Of a stretch of 64,000 nt of DNA, positions 24,770 to 38,263 are shown piece after piece; the first letter of the stretch is position 1, and each line of letters opens with the position of its first letter. The stretch is from Camelus ferus (taxonomy: Eukaryota). A model generated the notes under the pieces. That model saw only the letters and a program-made list of their open reading frames with translations, did no database searches and was not told the DNA's origin. The position numbers and the translations under genes were made by a program. The stretch spans positions 67,892,001 to 67,956,000 of the forward strand of contig NC_045696.1 in assembly GCF_009834535.1 (NCBI RefSeq). Direction: 5' to 3'.

Positions 24770-25690
24770 TTCTCCACAGCCAATCTGAGGGACCTTACAG
24801 TTTTAATTACCAATGTTTCTTCATCTTTCATTCATCAAGTCATGTTACTCTCCTTTCAAAAACATCTGCATCTCAAAAGAAGTTCAAACTGATTGCTGAT
24901 TTTCATAATCTGCTCCCGGATTATATTTCCAACTCCTTTTACCATAACGTCCCCCACAGGCCCTACTCTGTAGACCCAGTATTCGACTTTCAACCTCTCA
25001 AACACAGCCCACACTGTCTTAAGAAAGTCTTTCTCTCACCTCACCCTGCATCATTTGGGGGTGAACTTCCTTCCATTCTCCAGCCATCAAAAACCTACTC
25101 ATCACGTGACAGCATGGATGAAACTGGAAAATATTACAGTAAGAGAAAGAAGCCAGTCACAAAAGTGTGTGGCTGTATTTATATGAAATGTTCAGGCTGG
25201 GCAGCTCTACAGAGGAGGAAGTAGATTAGCGGCGGCTCAGGGCTAGGTGAAAGGCGATCTGGGGAAAGAAGGAGTGACTGCCAATAGGTACAGGGCTTTT
25301 TTTTTTGAGGTGATGAAAATGTTCCAGAATTGATTTCAGTGATGGTTGTGCAACTCTGTGAATATAACCAAAACCACTGAATTGTAGACTTTGAGTTAAC
25401 TGTATGACATATGAATTAGATCTCAGTAAAGCTATTATTTAAAAAGAAAAAAGTTGCCCATCCAACTTGGCTCCTCAAATGCTGTACAGATTGATTCTCC
25501 CCACCCCCATCAGAATTAAAATCCTTCAACTGAGCCCCTCAGCAAGTCATTTCTACCTCTGGTCAACATATTTCATTCTGGCTGGCAATGTAATTATGTT
25601 GCGTTATCCCCACGTCTGCTTCCCCTAATAAACTATGAGTGCTTTCAGAAAAAAATAAACCTGTGTCAGACATTTCCAGGCCCAGGCTAA
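24770..25690 (+). mobile_element. L2 fragment interrupted by an L1 3' end
   Basis: L2-like tracts lie on both sides of the L1 at 25103-25452 (catgttactctcctttcaaaa...; cccatcagaattaa...ctatgagtgc...aagaggttct). Confidence 0.5.
25103..25452 (+). mobile_element. L1MB-type 3' end
   Basis: catggatgaa...aagaagccagtcacaaaag...tttatatgaaatgttcag...gtgatgaaaatgttc...gatggttgtgcaactctgtgaatata...aaccactgaattgta followed by an A-rich tail. Confidence 0.88.
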
Positions 25691-26349
25691 CTAAGAGGTT
25701 CTTGACGCACGGTAGGAAAACGCACCCAGTCTTGGCTTGGCAAATAGAGGGAGGGCAGGATTGGAGTCCGCTTACCCTCCTGCCTCGAACACGGCCTGAT
25801 CTGCACGGCAGTAACCAGCAGCCGTGCTCTGTCCTTCTCCTTCTCACCCCCGACAGTCCAGTAAAATATGTAACCCAAGGGAGGCACTCCAAACAGATAA
25901 ATAAATTCATGCAGAATGAAAATGATACATCTGAAACCATTTCTTAAAATTAGACACTCCCAGATTCCAGGAGAAAGCTCCAGGCATTGCTATTTCAGTT
26001 TTTCTCTACCTGTTATTTATTTTTGTGTTACTTCACAAAGACATGGAAAGTGTTTTTCTTACTAATTGGATTCAAGGACTTTAGGTGTACATATGAAATA
26101 TAGTGAATTATTTTAACACATTTAAGAAGTAGTAAGGAAAACAGAGAAGTTTTTTTTTTCTCTTAAGTCAATTTACAATTACTAAACCAGGTCACGAAAC
26201 TATAAAAGCCCACCATTTATAGAGGGAAATAGCAAGAAAATATTCTGAAAGAAGTTTATCATCAACCCCATTTTTAAAATGTTCCTCTTCGTCTCAACTT
26301 CCGCAGCCCTTGAGCTGAGCATTGATCATTTTCTACCTTATATGAGAGA

Positions 26350-26670
26350 TGTCTGTCCTAGCCAAGCCCCTCCACCCCCTGTGCCCAGCTTCCCTAGTTA
26401 AATTCTACTTCTCTAGGGATGACATACCTTGCTAGGCCAGGGGAAAACCTGTTAAATATTCCACCACACTCTGCACCTTTGCTTTACAGCACCTATCACA
26501 GTCATAATAACATAACTATCTATGAAGTTGTGAATGTGGTGGTTGTCACTCCTGGACCAGAAGTCCTGTGATGAGAGAGGGCTTGTATCTTTCTGGTATC
26601 CACAGCTCTGGTTAAGGGCCTGGTACTTGGTCGCGGTGGGCACTCAGAAACCATTTGACTTAACTAGTGA
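26350..26670 (+). mobile_element. L2 3' fragment
   Basis: acagcacctatcaca...tgtcactcc...gaagtcctgtga...tgtatctttctggtatcc...gggcctggtac...gggcactcag. Confidence 0.6.
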
Positions 26671-29600
26671 GTCTTCCTCCTTCAAAGTATCAGGGCCTTA
26701 TAAACAGGGATGACGTCTAATTCACTTTGGTATCACAATTGTGTCTGATAGTAGATTATACCACAGAATTCGTATGTAGATGAATGAATAAATGCACTCC
26801 AGAGTGGGTCACCTATGGGGACTGGAGAGACTAGACACTGGAGAGGTGTGCTAATGGTAAAATAAGCACGCTGAATGGATTATGAGTTAAAGGAAACCCT
26901 CCAGCAAAGCTGGTCCCAGTAAGAGATCTTGGAACAGCACCACACAAAGAAGGCAGGCAGAATCAGAGGTGGCAGACGTCCACAACCGAAGATTTACGGC
27001 AACTTCCTTGGGCTGTAAGAGTCAATTTTCTCCCAGTTTCAGTGCGTGTGACCCCTTCCCAGATGCAACTGGGCTACAAATCTTGGGTTGTATCCAAGCA
27101 GAGCCGGAGAAAACCAGGCCTTCAGAAAAATAAAATAACAGCAAAGCCTAAACAAGCTGAAAGGGCCAGAAGAATCCGGTAGAGCGTCTTCAACCAGGAC
27201 TCACTCGGGCAAAGTTAAGGAGAGCGTGCAGGCCACGCACAAAACAGACTGCAACTTGAAACACGTATCCCCTGTGGAGGCCTGAACTCACGGCAACCTC
27301 AACCGGCTTCTGATGTGAAAAGGTCGCTCTGTCAAACACAGTTTTAGGAAATGGCAATGGCAGGGGTTCCTGAGGGGTTCAAAGAAGCTAAGGTCGGGCA
27401 GAAGACAGATGGCACACATACAGGGGGACATTGCCATCGGCCAGACACTGGAGACACATCCCAGCACTGAAAACCTGAAATCAAGACACTGGGAATCTAA
27501 CTGTGGAGTCAAATCACAACCACCACCAAAAATCTCAAGAGCTAAGTGATAATCACGAAGCTGATTAGATGAGGAGTCTGACAGCATGACACACCTGGGA
27601 CTGCTGGATGGTTCTTCCAGTCTATCTAGCTGCCATGATTCTGGGACCCAGAGCAGGGTTTGAATCCCAGCTCCACCACTCACCAGCAGTGCAGCCTTGG
27701 GAAAGTTTCATAAGCTCTCTGGGCTTATGTGTGTCCACATCTGTAGAATGAAGATGATGAGAGCCCTCAGTTTAAATGTGAGCTCTGATTACTGGTCAGC
27801 AACTGAGCCTATACGGGGCAAAAGAAAACTGCCTAACAGAATCGCAAACGCCAGAACAGAAGGGCCCTTACATTCAACCAGAGTCCAAGTGCTTCTTTTA
27901 CAAAAAGTACAATTCAGGCCCAGGGAAGGGAGAAACGTGCCCTGAGTAAACCAGCAAGTAAATCGCCAGCCGATCCAGGTAGGCAGCCAGGCCTGCTGAT
28001 TGACGATGTCAGGTGCTGGTCACAAACACATAGAGCTGCTGTCAGAATTGTGAGCTAATCGATGTACAAGGCTTAACATGGTACCTGACTCAATGGCAGC
28101 AGCGTGGATGTGTTTGCTATTATTATTGCTTACCCGGTTGCTATAATTATGCTTACACATACTTACAGGGTGCTTCATAGTTTACAAAAGGCTTTTTATA
28201 TCCATTATCTCATGTAATCCGCACAGCACCAGGAATCATGATTCCCCAGGCCCCAGTGAAGAGGTTGGGTCAAATGAAGCTCAGAGAGGGTTTTCCGTTT
28301 TCCCAGGATCCCCTAGCTAGTTAACAGAGAAGTGCAGCCCAGAACCCATATCCTCCACTTCTGAGTTACTGCCCGTGCCTTCATGTGACACCACACCACA
28401 GATACCAGCAGCACCAGATTCCAGGCGCCATCGTAGCTTTGTAAAAGGGGGAGGGGGGATTTCCTAAGATATCTAGCCACCAAATCCTTCCAGCTAAAGG
28501 AGAAAACTCAAAGGCAAAAGAGTGTCATTTTGCTTTTGTTACAGCTGGGCGAAAGCTAGCAGGAATGTCTTCCTTGGAGCTGAGCTTTCTTTCCTGTCTT
28601 TGAAGCGAGACAGCCCTCCTGCTGAAGACAAGGCAATGGAGAAAGAAGAGAGAAGGGGAAGAGAGGGGACGGGAAGACAAGAGAAACAGCCACGCGCGGT
28701 GTGCAACGATGCCGCATCCCTCAGGCACCTGGCGACAAGCCAGTTCTCCTGATGCTGGAAACCCCGAACACAACCTTGCGGTAGTGACTCAATAAGACAG
28801 ACAGACTAAAAAGTGTGGCGTGACTCTCTCTTCAACACAGATTGAAGTGAACCGGTTTCTCAAGTGAACAGCATCAAAGAACCGGCCTGAGGTGGGTGAA
28901 GTTCTTTAAAAGAGGAGACAGTCAAGGGTCTTCTTACCTCGAGGGTGAAATAGGTTCTAATTATGGGCATCTATCATCTGGGTACGTCCACATCTATCCA
29001 ACCACCTACCGTCTAACCAGCAGAAGCAATTAAGTCCTTTCTTTTTAACGCAGTGTACAGTTAAAAAAAAAAAAAGCTGTACTGAATGTAAGTCAGTAAG
29101 TGAGAGGTCTGACTTTAGTTCTGGTTTCATCACTAGCTAGTAAAGAGGCTAGAAAGGTCGCTGAAGCCTTCTGGGCCTCTAGTCCCTCATCTGTCAAGGA
29201 CAGGCGTGGACAAGATCAGCAAAGGGCCCTTCCAGCATTAAAAAAAAAAAAAAGTGCTAATACCCTAAATAAACAAACAAACAAAAATGTCATGATGGTC
29301 AAGCCAACTGTTTCAGAAAAGTTAAAGAAAGCGTTGTTTCCTCCACAAGCCCCGGTTTTGAATGCAAGAAACATGTCAGTTTAAAATCACCCATATTCAT
29401 GCCTTTGATGGTGAAAAAGTCCACCACCAAAAGCCAACAAAGTTTTGCTTAAAAACAAGCTATTTTCAGGAACAACTCTCTTGAGTTAAGGCCCTAATTC
29501 ACAAAACGGGGTTTGGCTGGTATAACACTGCCTTCTTTCTGTAATTATTAGGCTCTAAAAAATTTTTGTGTTTTTTTTTTCCCTCCTAACAACATTTCAT

Positions 29601-32600
29601 TTGAAAAGTGTTTGATCCTGAAATAAACCTGTAATTTATCCTATGGAGAAGGGAGGGAAGGTGGACGTCTATAGTTTAGCCCAAATAACTTTATATTTCA
29701 CATAAGATTATTACAAGATGACAGATGTGAACCTTAAGAATTTTAACAATAAAACCATGTTATCCAAAGAATGTTCCACAGAACACAAGTCTGGAAAATC
29801 ATCCACAAAACGGTTCCATGATAAAATAAATTTGACAAAACCTGAATTTAACATAACAGAAAGGAATGTTGTGGTTATTTTGTCTTTACCTATAGGTCTT
29901 CTCAGTTAATCTTGCTAAAGATGGGTGAAGAATACTCCAAATGGAGATTGCTACAAAAGCAACTGATTTCCAAACTGATTTGACTATTTGTGGAGCTAGG
30001 ATCACAGGGAGCACATTTTAGGAAATGTTGCCAATGGATTATGACAGAACGTGGCTTTATCCCTGACAGCAACCCTACCCCGGCAAGGTAAGGTCTACAA
30101 TTCAATTAGAAACTTGTATGTTTAACTCCATCTTTATCTACACCAGATTTTATAATAGATGCAACTGTAACCAACTAAAAACTTTGACAATGTAATTTCT
30201 ATTTCTTGAGACTGTCTTGAAAATATAGGAGCCTCAGCCCTGGAGGGCTGGGTTTTCCCTGTGCTATGGGTATACTCTGGATGTTACACAATGTTAAGGG
30301 GAACTTTCTCCTCTGTCTTTCTCTCTTTTTCTTTGCAATTATCCACAGGCTTAACGTAGAATCAATTTTCTTTAAGGCAGAGAAACAAATGAGAAAATAT
30401 CAGGCAGAGAGAAATAACAAGTACTTGGCTGTATACCACAGTATTTGTCTGGGGGCCTCAATTTTCTCACATTGAGAATGAGGTAAGTAGATTTCATGGT
30501 CTCACATCTCATGATTCTAAAGCTTTTTTGGGAGCCTCATCATTATCTCCAAAGGCAATTCCAAGGATGCTTTGAGCAGTGGAAGCAACTTAGAAAGTGC
30601 TCCCTGTGCTGGAACAGCACCCCCACAAGGAGCACTGCTCGGATGACTATACTACATGCATCTACATGTTACAGGCTGTTGGCTAAAACTCCAGTCTCAT
30701 GACTTTGCAACCACGCCACGTAATGTTTGGCCAGCGATATGCACATTATGGTGTCTCATCAGGTCACTTGCTAAAAGTAAATTTAAAACCACCTTGACAT
30801 GGCAGAGAACTGATACAGAGCAACCACAGTATTGAAATACACTCACCAACCAGCCCAGGGTTGCTGGTGGCATCCCAACTTCTATTGACCTCCTACAGCA
30901 AAGGCATTAAAATACCCAGATCTACTGCCGAGCATATAATGTATTCCAGGAAATACTCTCTTGCCTAACCCCATCCAGATTTATTTTTAAGGACAGAGGA
31001 CAGGGTGTTTTTTATTACTAACTCCTTAAAAAAAAGGGGGGGGGGAGTAACACTTTGATATTTTTTTTAAAAAAAGCAAAAGCACTTATATCTCCCCTAC
31101 AAGTGATCTGAGAAAGAGCAAAAGCACGCAGTAGCCTTCATTATAATCCCTCTACAAATATCCAACATTTCCTGCCTTTGTCTCTCCTATTCTTCCTCTC
31201 TTACCTCCCCTTGGAAAGACATTTATTAGAGAGCACAGGGGGCTGGCCGCCCTGTCCAATTTTTAGACAGGACCTGTAAACTCCAAAGGGCTGGATGGTG
31301 GCCAGGGGCAGCACGAGGGAAATGCGGACAAACCAAGTGCGGCTCATACCCTTCACTTAGCCTGGGAGGTCTTTTCCCCTTTCTGTAAGGTCAAATTCCA
31401 CCCAGCATTCAGGTCCCAGATCAAGTCCCTCTTCCTCCAGGAAGACTTCCTTCATTTTCTCTACATTTGCCTCCACCTCCATCCAAAACTAATGTCTCTC
31501 TCCTCTAACGACCACAAACTCCTTAACGAGACCTCTGGATATTTCAGGATACTCTCCAAATATCTTCACTTTTATTGGAACTATCTCTAGTCCATCTCCT
31601 AAAAGTTATCTGCAGTAACTTTCATCAATTCCAATCACCTGTTCAAAAAATCCCTTAAGGGCAGGGACTGGGTCTGGCTGAATTCATCAACTATAAAGAT
31701 AAAATCTGTCTAAAGAAAGAATTAAGAGAAGCATATAAATAATTATCATACATTAATGACTCTATATGCGACAAAAAGACAGGGATAGATGAAGGATCGC
31801 AGGCTAGAAGTTAAGCAAGTCCACGTCAGATATGTACTAAAGACTTGCGCACACACACAACAATACATTGCCTTTAAAGAAAATGGAGGCAGCTAACATT
31901 AACTAAGTATCAGCTATGAGGCAGGTAGAGCCTGAAACATTTTCTAGGTATTAACTGTCATATTCCTCAGAGCAACCTTGAAAGTAAGTACTGTTTTTGT
32001 CTCCATTTGCTAAAGGGATGAAGATGAGCTGCAGAGAGCTCACACAATGTGCCCAAGCAAAGAGGAGAGCTGGCTTCAGACTTCAGCAGAGAGATTTGAG
32101 CTAATGTGCTTGACTACCGCGCTTTACTGCTTCTGCAAAAGGAACAGGGATGTACTTTCCAGAATCCAGTCAAAGGAAGGGTTCTTGCAACAGGGCCCAA
32201 GAAGTAACATCACACCAGTAAAGAAAACTTTAAGGGTAAACGTCATATTCTGGATGTCTGTACCTGCATTCACAGAAAGGTGACACAAGGAAAAGACGAA
32301 AGCCACCCATCAGGCTGTAGCTTTTTCTAATTTACGTGACTTCCTCAAACGGGAACTTACTCACTCTTTGCCGAGGGCAGAGAGGCTGAACTTCTCGTTG
32401 CTCTGTTATTTTGTGAGTGGAAGAAATGGGGTCGTTACCTTGCCTGTTAACATTAGAGATGCTTTGTGATGATTTGGCCAGTATTTTCCTCCCAGAAAAG
32501 GTTAAAGGCCTTTTAGCAAAAAAGTGGATGTGAAAAATCAAACTTAAATGATGAAAGGGAGCATCTTGTGGCCAATCTTAACGATACTTAATTCTCAGAT

Positions 32601-34762
32601 GAGGAATTCTGTAGTAAACAACCTCTTGATTCGGTGCAAAACATTTTTAATTTCATGCCCTGCTAATCACACAGCTGTTAAATTTCCCTTCCCATCAGTT
32701 GTAAAAAAATAAATAAATAGATAATAATTGTAATAATAATTTAAGAAACAGTTGGACCTCAAACAAAATTTGAGCCCTAATGAATTTTCCCATCTGGAAT
32801 TAATAAAGTAGTGAATGTTGAAATTGCCTGGATTCAGTTGATATAAACTTACATTATTATAAGTATCAAAATATAAGGTTCTGAACATCAAAAGCTTCTA
32901 ACATGCCAGCCACAGAATGTAAAGTCAATCTACATTGCATTCCCAGACAAGTCTGGCATCTGATGTTTCATTCCAAAGATTTTAACAACCTGTTTCCTTT
33001 CACTGTGACCTTATCTCCTCTGGGCCACAACAGGCACTAGATGCATGTAAGTATTGCCTAGACTAGGTGTTAGGGCTTAGCAATCCAAGCCTGGAGAAGA
33101 GACAAATCAATGTCTTCATGCTGCAAGCACATCAATCTAATCAATACAGGGAAATTTTTTTAAAGGCCATCGTTAATGCTGCAAATCAAAACAAGAGCTG
33201 AGGATGGAAGGGGGTTTTCAAATGGTTGGGGACCAGAGAAACAGGTGATCCAAAGTAGTATGATATGTAACAAGGGGGAGTCAACTTTGCAGGAGGGAGT
33301 GATTATGACCAGGAAAGAAAATGCCAGCAAGGAAGTGGTAAAAAGGAATACCCTGTAAAGAAGGAGGAGACAAATATACTGAAGGAAACAAAATAAGCAT
33401 AGCCAGATGGACCAGAATGCCAGTAGAGGATCTTCAAAGATCTTCCATTTCTGTGCTTCCATGCCTTTCCCATAACTTCAGCTGTAAAACATTACAGAAA
33501 ACACCCGGAGTACTAACATACTCTTTCTTCATCTGGTTTGTTCTGACCTACAGTTCCATTGCCAAAATCCTTTCAGTTCTTCAGGGTGTGCTCAAACACC
33601 ACCTCCTTCAGGAGTCCCTCCCCCATGCACACATCCACTGAAACCCTCCTCCGGGTTCCCACAGCATGCCACCTGTACCTCTCCTTTGTCACCTAGGCTG
33701 TTTTGCTTTGTAAAACAGCTAGTTATGCATGTGTCTGTGTTTGGATTGTACACTCCATGAAAGAAAAAATTACATCTAACTGTATTCTCAGTCCTCAGTG
33801 CCAGGTCTAGGCTTTTCATAGTAGGCACTTAAGGAATAGATATGCTATCTTAAGAAAACCTAGAAGAAAACATTTCCTGTCTCAGGTATTCTTATTACAG
33901 AAAACAGAAATTTAAGGCCCTATAAATTCATCCACTAGCAATCATCCTACAAACCCCTGTAAGTGACAACCACTATTAATATTTCATCAGTCTTCTCAAA
34001 TTTACATGAGTTCAGAATATGAGCACAATTTTCATAATCGTTATCACTGTCTATCTGAAGAAAAAGTACAATATAAATGCACACTGCTTTTCTGGCGTGA
34101 GCAGAGGTTCACAACTGTTTGTGTGAAAATCATTTCCAGGAACTGAAAAGAGCCTTCCTGAAATCTCAGCATCACTTCAGCCCCATCCTCCACTCCACAT
34201 CTCACTAAAACCAACAGCATTTCCTTCATGTCTCATCATTAATGATGAAGTGAATGAGTCAAATGCACAAAACAAACAAAACACCAACAATAATTTACTG
34301 TGAACATCACTGCATTTGTATAGCACTTTATATAGCCATTCTCTCATTTGATACTTTCCATGAGCTTCTGTAAGAGGAACAGAATAATTATTTTAGAGAT
34401 GAGGAAACTCCACTCTGTAAGATGTGATTTGCCCCAGAGCACACAGTTCATAAGAAACTATGAGAAGATGTTAATTCAGGATTTGTGATTCTCCATCCAG
34501 ACTTGTGTTCATGCATTCAACGTTGTCTCTCTTACCTAAAGTGTTTAAGCAGACATAAGAAGTTGATAATGGAGGTCCATAGACTTACATGAATAAGAAG
34601 TTATCTAATTCAGATAGGGCATTGGATGGGTTCCATTAGAATATGAAAGAAAGAGAGAAAGAGAAGGAGAGGAGGAGAAGAAGAAGAAAAAAAAAAAAAC
34701 CACTTTGGGTAAAGACAGTCAGTTAAATTTCCTGGAAAACAGGGGTCTTGAACTGTAGTTTA

Positions 34763-34929
34763 GAGGCATACTAATCAAAGTGAGCCCACAAACTGACACT
34801 TTCAGAGTCATCTCAGAGCTTGTTAGAAATACAAATTCTCCCACACTGTTCTCAGACCTCCAGGACCATAATCTCTGAGGCTGAGAATCCCTAGGTGACT
34901 CCAAGCAAATCAAGTTTGAAAAGTGTTGC
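34763..34929. mobile_element. MER5A-like hAT element
   Basis: tcaaagtg...gagcttgttagaaatacaaattctc...cagacct...aggtgactcc...aagtttgaaaagtgttg. Confidence 0.7.
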
Positions 34930-36533
34930 TTGAAAGTTAAGGTCAGACCTGAGCAAATAACAAGAAGGTAACAGGTAGGTTCCAGAAAAAGGAGGGGTCG
35001 GGGGAGTAACATTAAAAATTAGGAGGCCCAGAGTCCAGAAAACTCAAAATATTTCAGCGAAGAAGATCCAGAACAATGGGCTGAAGAGGGAATCCTGTAA
35101 AGGACGGGTCTGAATGCAGTTCCAATGAAGTCACCCAGTAGAGAAGGTTGAAAGCAGGCAGCGTAGTGCAGCTCTAGAGGCACCTGGCCTGAGGTTTGAC
35201 TCTTGGGAGACAGCATGTAGACCTGAGGAACAAAAGCATTATGCAATCCCAGGACAAAAGGCCCCATGGGGTTCAGAGAGTCTTCAGAGGAGAGCCTCTT
35301 TTACAACCTGGAGAAACACGAGTTCACCAGACAGACAAGGGCAGAAAGCAACAGGGGCAAAGGTCCAAGATGTAAAACAACATGCTCTATTCAGCACCAG
35401 TGAGGCACCCTGGATTCAGCGTCCCCATCTATATGAGAAGAGCATAATAATCCTAACCCAGTATTGCTGACGGGATTAAGTGAGATAATTTTACGTGACG
35501 ACTCCAAATGCGCTGACACAGAGGGGACACTCAGCACAGTCCACTGCCTTTCTTTCCCGTCCAGGCCAATGCAGCCCCTAAGAGTGAGCTGACACTGAGC
35601 CCTCTCCGAGGCTGGCTGGAAAGCTATTGACTTGAAGGATGTTTTCTCATAAATGTTCAGAGGGCAGCCTGTTGGGGGAGTTCCCGTGGTTGTGAACTGT
35701 CACACTCAGCCACATTCCTTTTCAAGACCTACGGCTCCTCCACTTCCTGCTTTCTCACTCTTACTTTTTCAGAGGGGCTGCAGGTTCTCAAGGTTATCTT
35801 AAGCACAGCTTTCTTTCTAAATGACACATAACCATTTCTACTGGCAAAAGTGCTCTGTGTAACTTCTTCTTTCAGATGGGACTTTTGGCTGCTCTGAGAA
35901 TGGATCTAGCTCTACTCTTAGATGACCTGTTGGGAAGCAGACACAGATCAGTCCAGCTGGTTGGCTGGAGGTCTCCAGGAGTGTGTCTACTAGGAGATGT
36001 GAATTAGAGTTGCTCATAGGGAAAAACCAAGGTCAGGAGTCGAATGAAAGCAAGCTGACTGCTGTCCCACAGAGCTTCCTGAAAGATTGAGCAAGCTAAA
36101 GTACATTGTCAACACCTAAGAGGGCGCCAGAGTATGACACATCCCCCAGGCTCACAGGGACCAGTCTTTTTAGAGTGATATCTCCTTGGACTAGCATTTA
36201 TGGACCATGCACAAGAAAACAATGAGTCAAACATGATGTAGATAAGGCAAGGATCATCTATTTGCCTAGAGTCAACTCCCAGAAAGATAATTAATATGGT
36301 AGTTTTTTGTTATGCTTTTTCATCTTTCTATTCATTACCTTACTCACCATTTCTTCCCCTTCATCCATAAGCCTCTTCCCTTCCCAGTTCCCTCAGTGCA
36401 CACTGTTTTGTAAAGAATCTGCTAAACTAATCAGCATTTGATGAACTAACAGCTTCTTTTTCACCACGCTGCACAATGAATGGTGCCTCTATTCCGTTGT
36501 TCACTCCATTTGCTTAGAAAGCATGTCCCTTTA

Positions 36534-36646
36534 AAATATGAAAACAAAAGTATGTATATGCATGACTGGGACATTGTGCTGTACACCAGAGACTGACTCA
36601 TTGTAACTGACTGTACTTCAACTAAAATAATAAAATAAAATAAATT
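36534..36646 (+). mobile_element. Young, extremely 5'-truncated L1 3' end with A-rich tail and 18-bp TSD
   Basis: gtatgtatatgcatgactgggacattgtgctgtacaccaga...ttgtaactgactgtacttcaa plus a (taaaa)n tail. Flanked by agaaagcatGtcccttta (36516-36533) and agaaagcatCtcccttta (36647-36664). Confidence 0.85.
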
Positions 36647-36936
36647 AGAAAGCATCTCCCTTTATCAAAATCCCACTCATTCAAATGTCACTTTCCCCAA
36701 GAAGCCTTCCTTAATCCTCTGCCCTCCACCCCAGTTGGAAGCGATCCCTCTTTTTTCTTCTCGGAAACTTCTCAGCAAGTCTCTACTTTCTACTTTAAAT
36801 TACAGTTACTTGTGTGCTGTCTCACCTTCACCAGCTGGTTTGCCCCCTTCCTAGCACTTTCACATCTATCATCTTGTTTCAGCCTTACAACATGCTGGGA
36901 GGTAGAACAGGCAGGTGTAATTACACCCATAGTACG

Positions 36937-37185
36937 GAGACAACGTAGGGTAGTGGTTGAGAGAGCAGCTGCTGGATCCAGACTACCTGAGTTCAAGCCC
37001 TGGGCTTTACCTTTTACGAACTATGTGACCTCAGGTAAGTTGTGTAATGTCTCTGTTCTCAATTTTTCATCCGTGAAATGGTAGTAATAACAATACCTTC
37101 CCTCAGAGGGTGGTTGTGAGGATTAAGTGAGTTAATGCTGCAGAGTGCTCAGAATAACACCTAACTCGATAAGCATTTAGTAAAA
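36937..37185 (+). mobile_element. Near full-length MIR SINE
   Basis: gtagtggttgagagagc...ccagactacctgagttcaagccc...tgtgacctcaggtaagtt...ctcaatttttcatccgtgaaatgg...ggttgtgaggattaagtgagttaa. Confidence 0.88.
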
Positions 37186-38244
37186 GTCCCAGGGAGGGCA
37201 GGGTTAGAAGTGGCCAGGTCAGAATTTTCCAGATTTATGTTATGTTTCTTTCCTCAGTAATGCTATCTTTCAGTACCACTCATTCTTTCAGTAAATATTT
37301 GTTGAGCTCAGAGATGAGCCAGGAGTGACTCCAGGCAACTGGAAACCAGAGAAGACGACTGACAAGGCTCTGAGTTCTCAGCCCTCACAGTCTAGCGAGG
37401 AGGAGAAGGAGGCAGAGGGAGTCCACGCGAAAGTAAAATGACTAAACAAAGAAGATAGCAAACGTGTTGAGGTTTACTGTGGTTCATCCTCGTGCCATCC
37501 CCTCCGCCCCAACAATTTGTTACACCATTCTCCTTTGACCAGAACTATACACAAAATGCGTCCTGTTCCATTTAAACCTGTATTCCTAGCATTCAACATT
37601 GGTTCAGAACATTTGGCCTCATCACCAGTTTCTTCAAGGGATGAGTCAGGAATCACTCCCGGGTTTTTTCTAATTTTCCTATACATGTATTTTGCCCACC
37701 CCCCAACCCCAGCCCGGTAAGCTCAGGCACATCCCCAGTGGCTGATATGTGACTCAATAAAAGAACATTCTGTTTGGACATTCAGCTACTGCTTCTGGGC
37801 TTATGCTGTTTTTATGAGATTTGTTGCCAAAGGGGCATTTCACTACAAGAAAGTGTCATGACAAAACTTGACAATACTCTCCCTTCAAAACTTCAAAAGT
37901 TAAAAGAGTTAAACTAATCCCATAATTTGATCCCTGGGGAACTCTGAAAATGGTGCTTCTGCATCTGGCAAAATAGATGTGCATCCTCTCTCCCATCTTA
38001 AGGACACTTACGTTTTTTAATTTATGAGAAATATCTTCTCCAATTTGATTTTATTATGATCATACTTCAAGGCTTTTCTCAAGTCCTACCAAGTCATGTC
38101 CCTTGATCATATGTCCTTCTTACAGTCTCTTCCTTCATTTGCAATTCACAGCTTTTTATTTTCCTGCCTCATCATTCTGGGGAATATGCATAAGACTATC
38201 CCCCGCAGAGTGGGTCAAGGTGGTAGCGGTAGTTTCATGTGTGC

Positions 38245-38263
38245 GGGGGGGGGGGGGGGGGGG
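38245..38263 (+). repeat. poly-G homopolymer (G19)
   Basis: Directly visible. Confidence 0.95.

Noticed and set aside
24754..25224. 156-aa ORF
   Set aside because: A chance frame spanning an L2/L1 junction, with no coherent domain.
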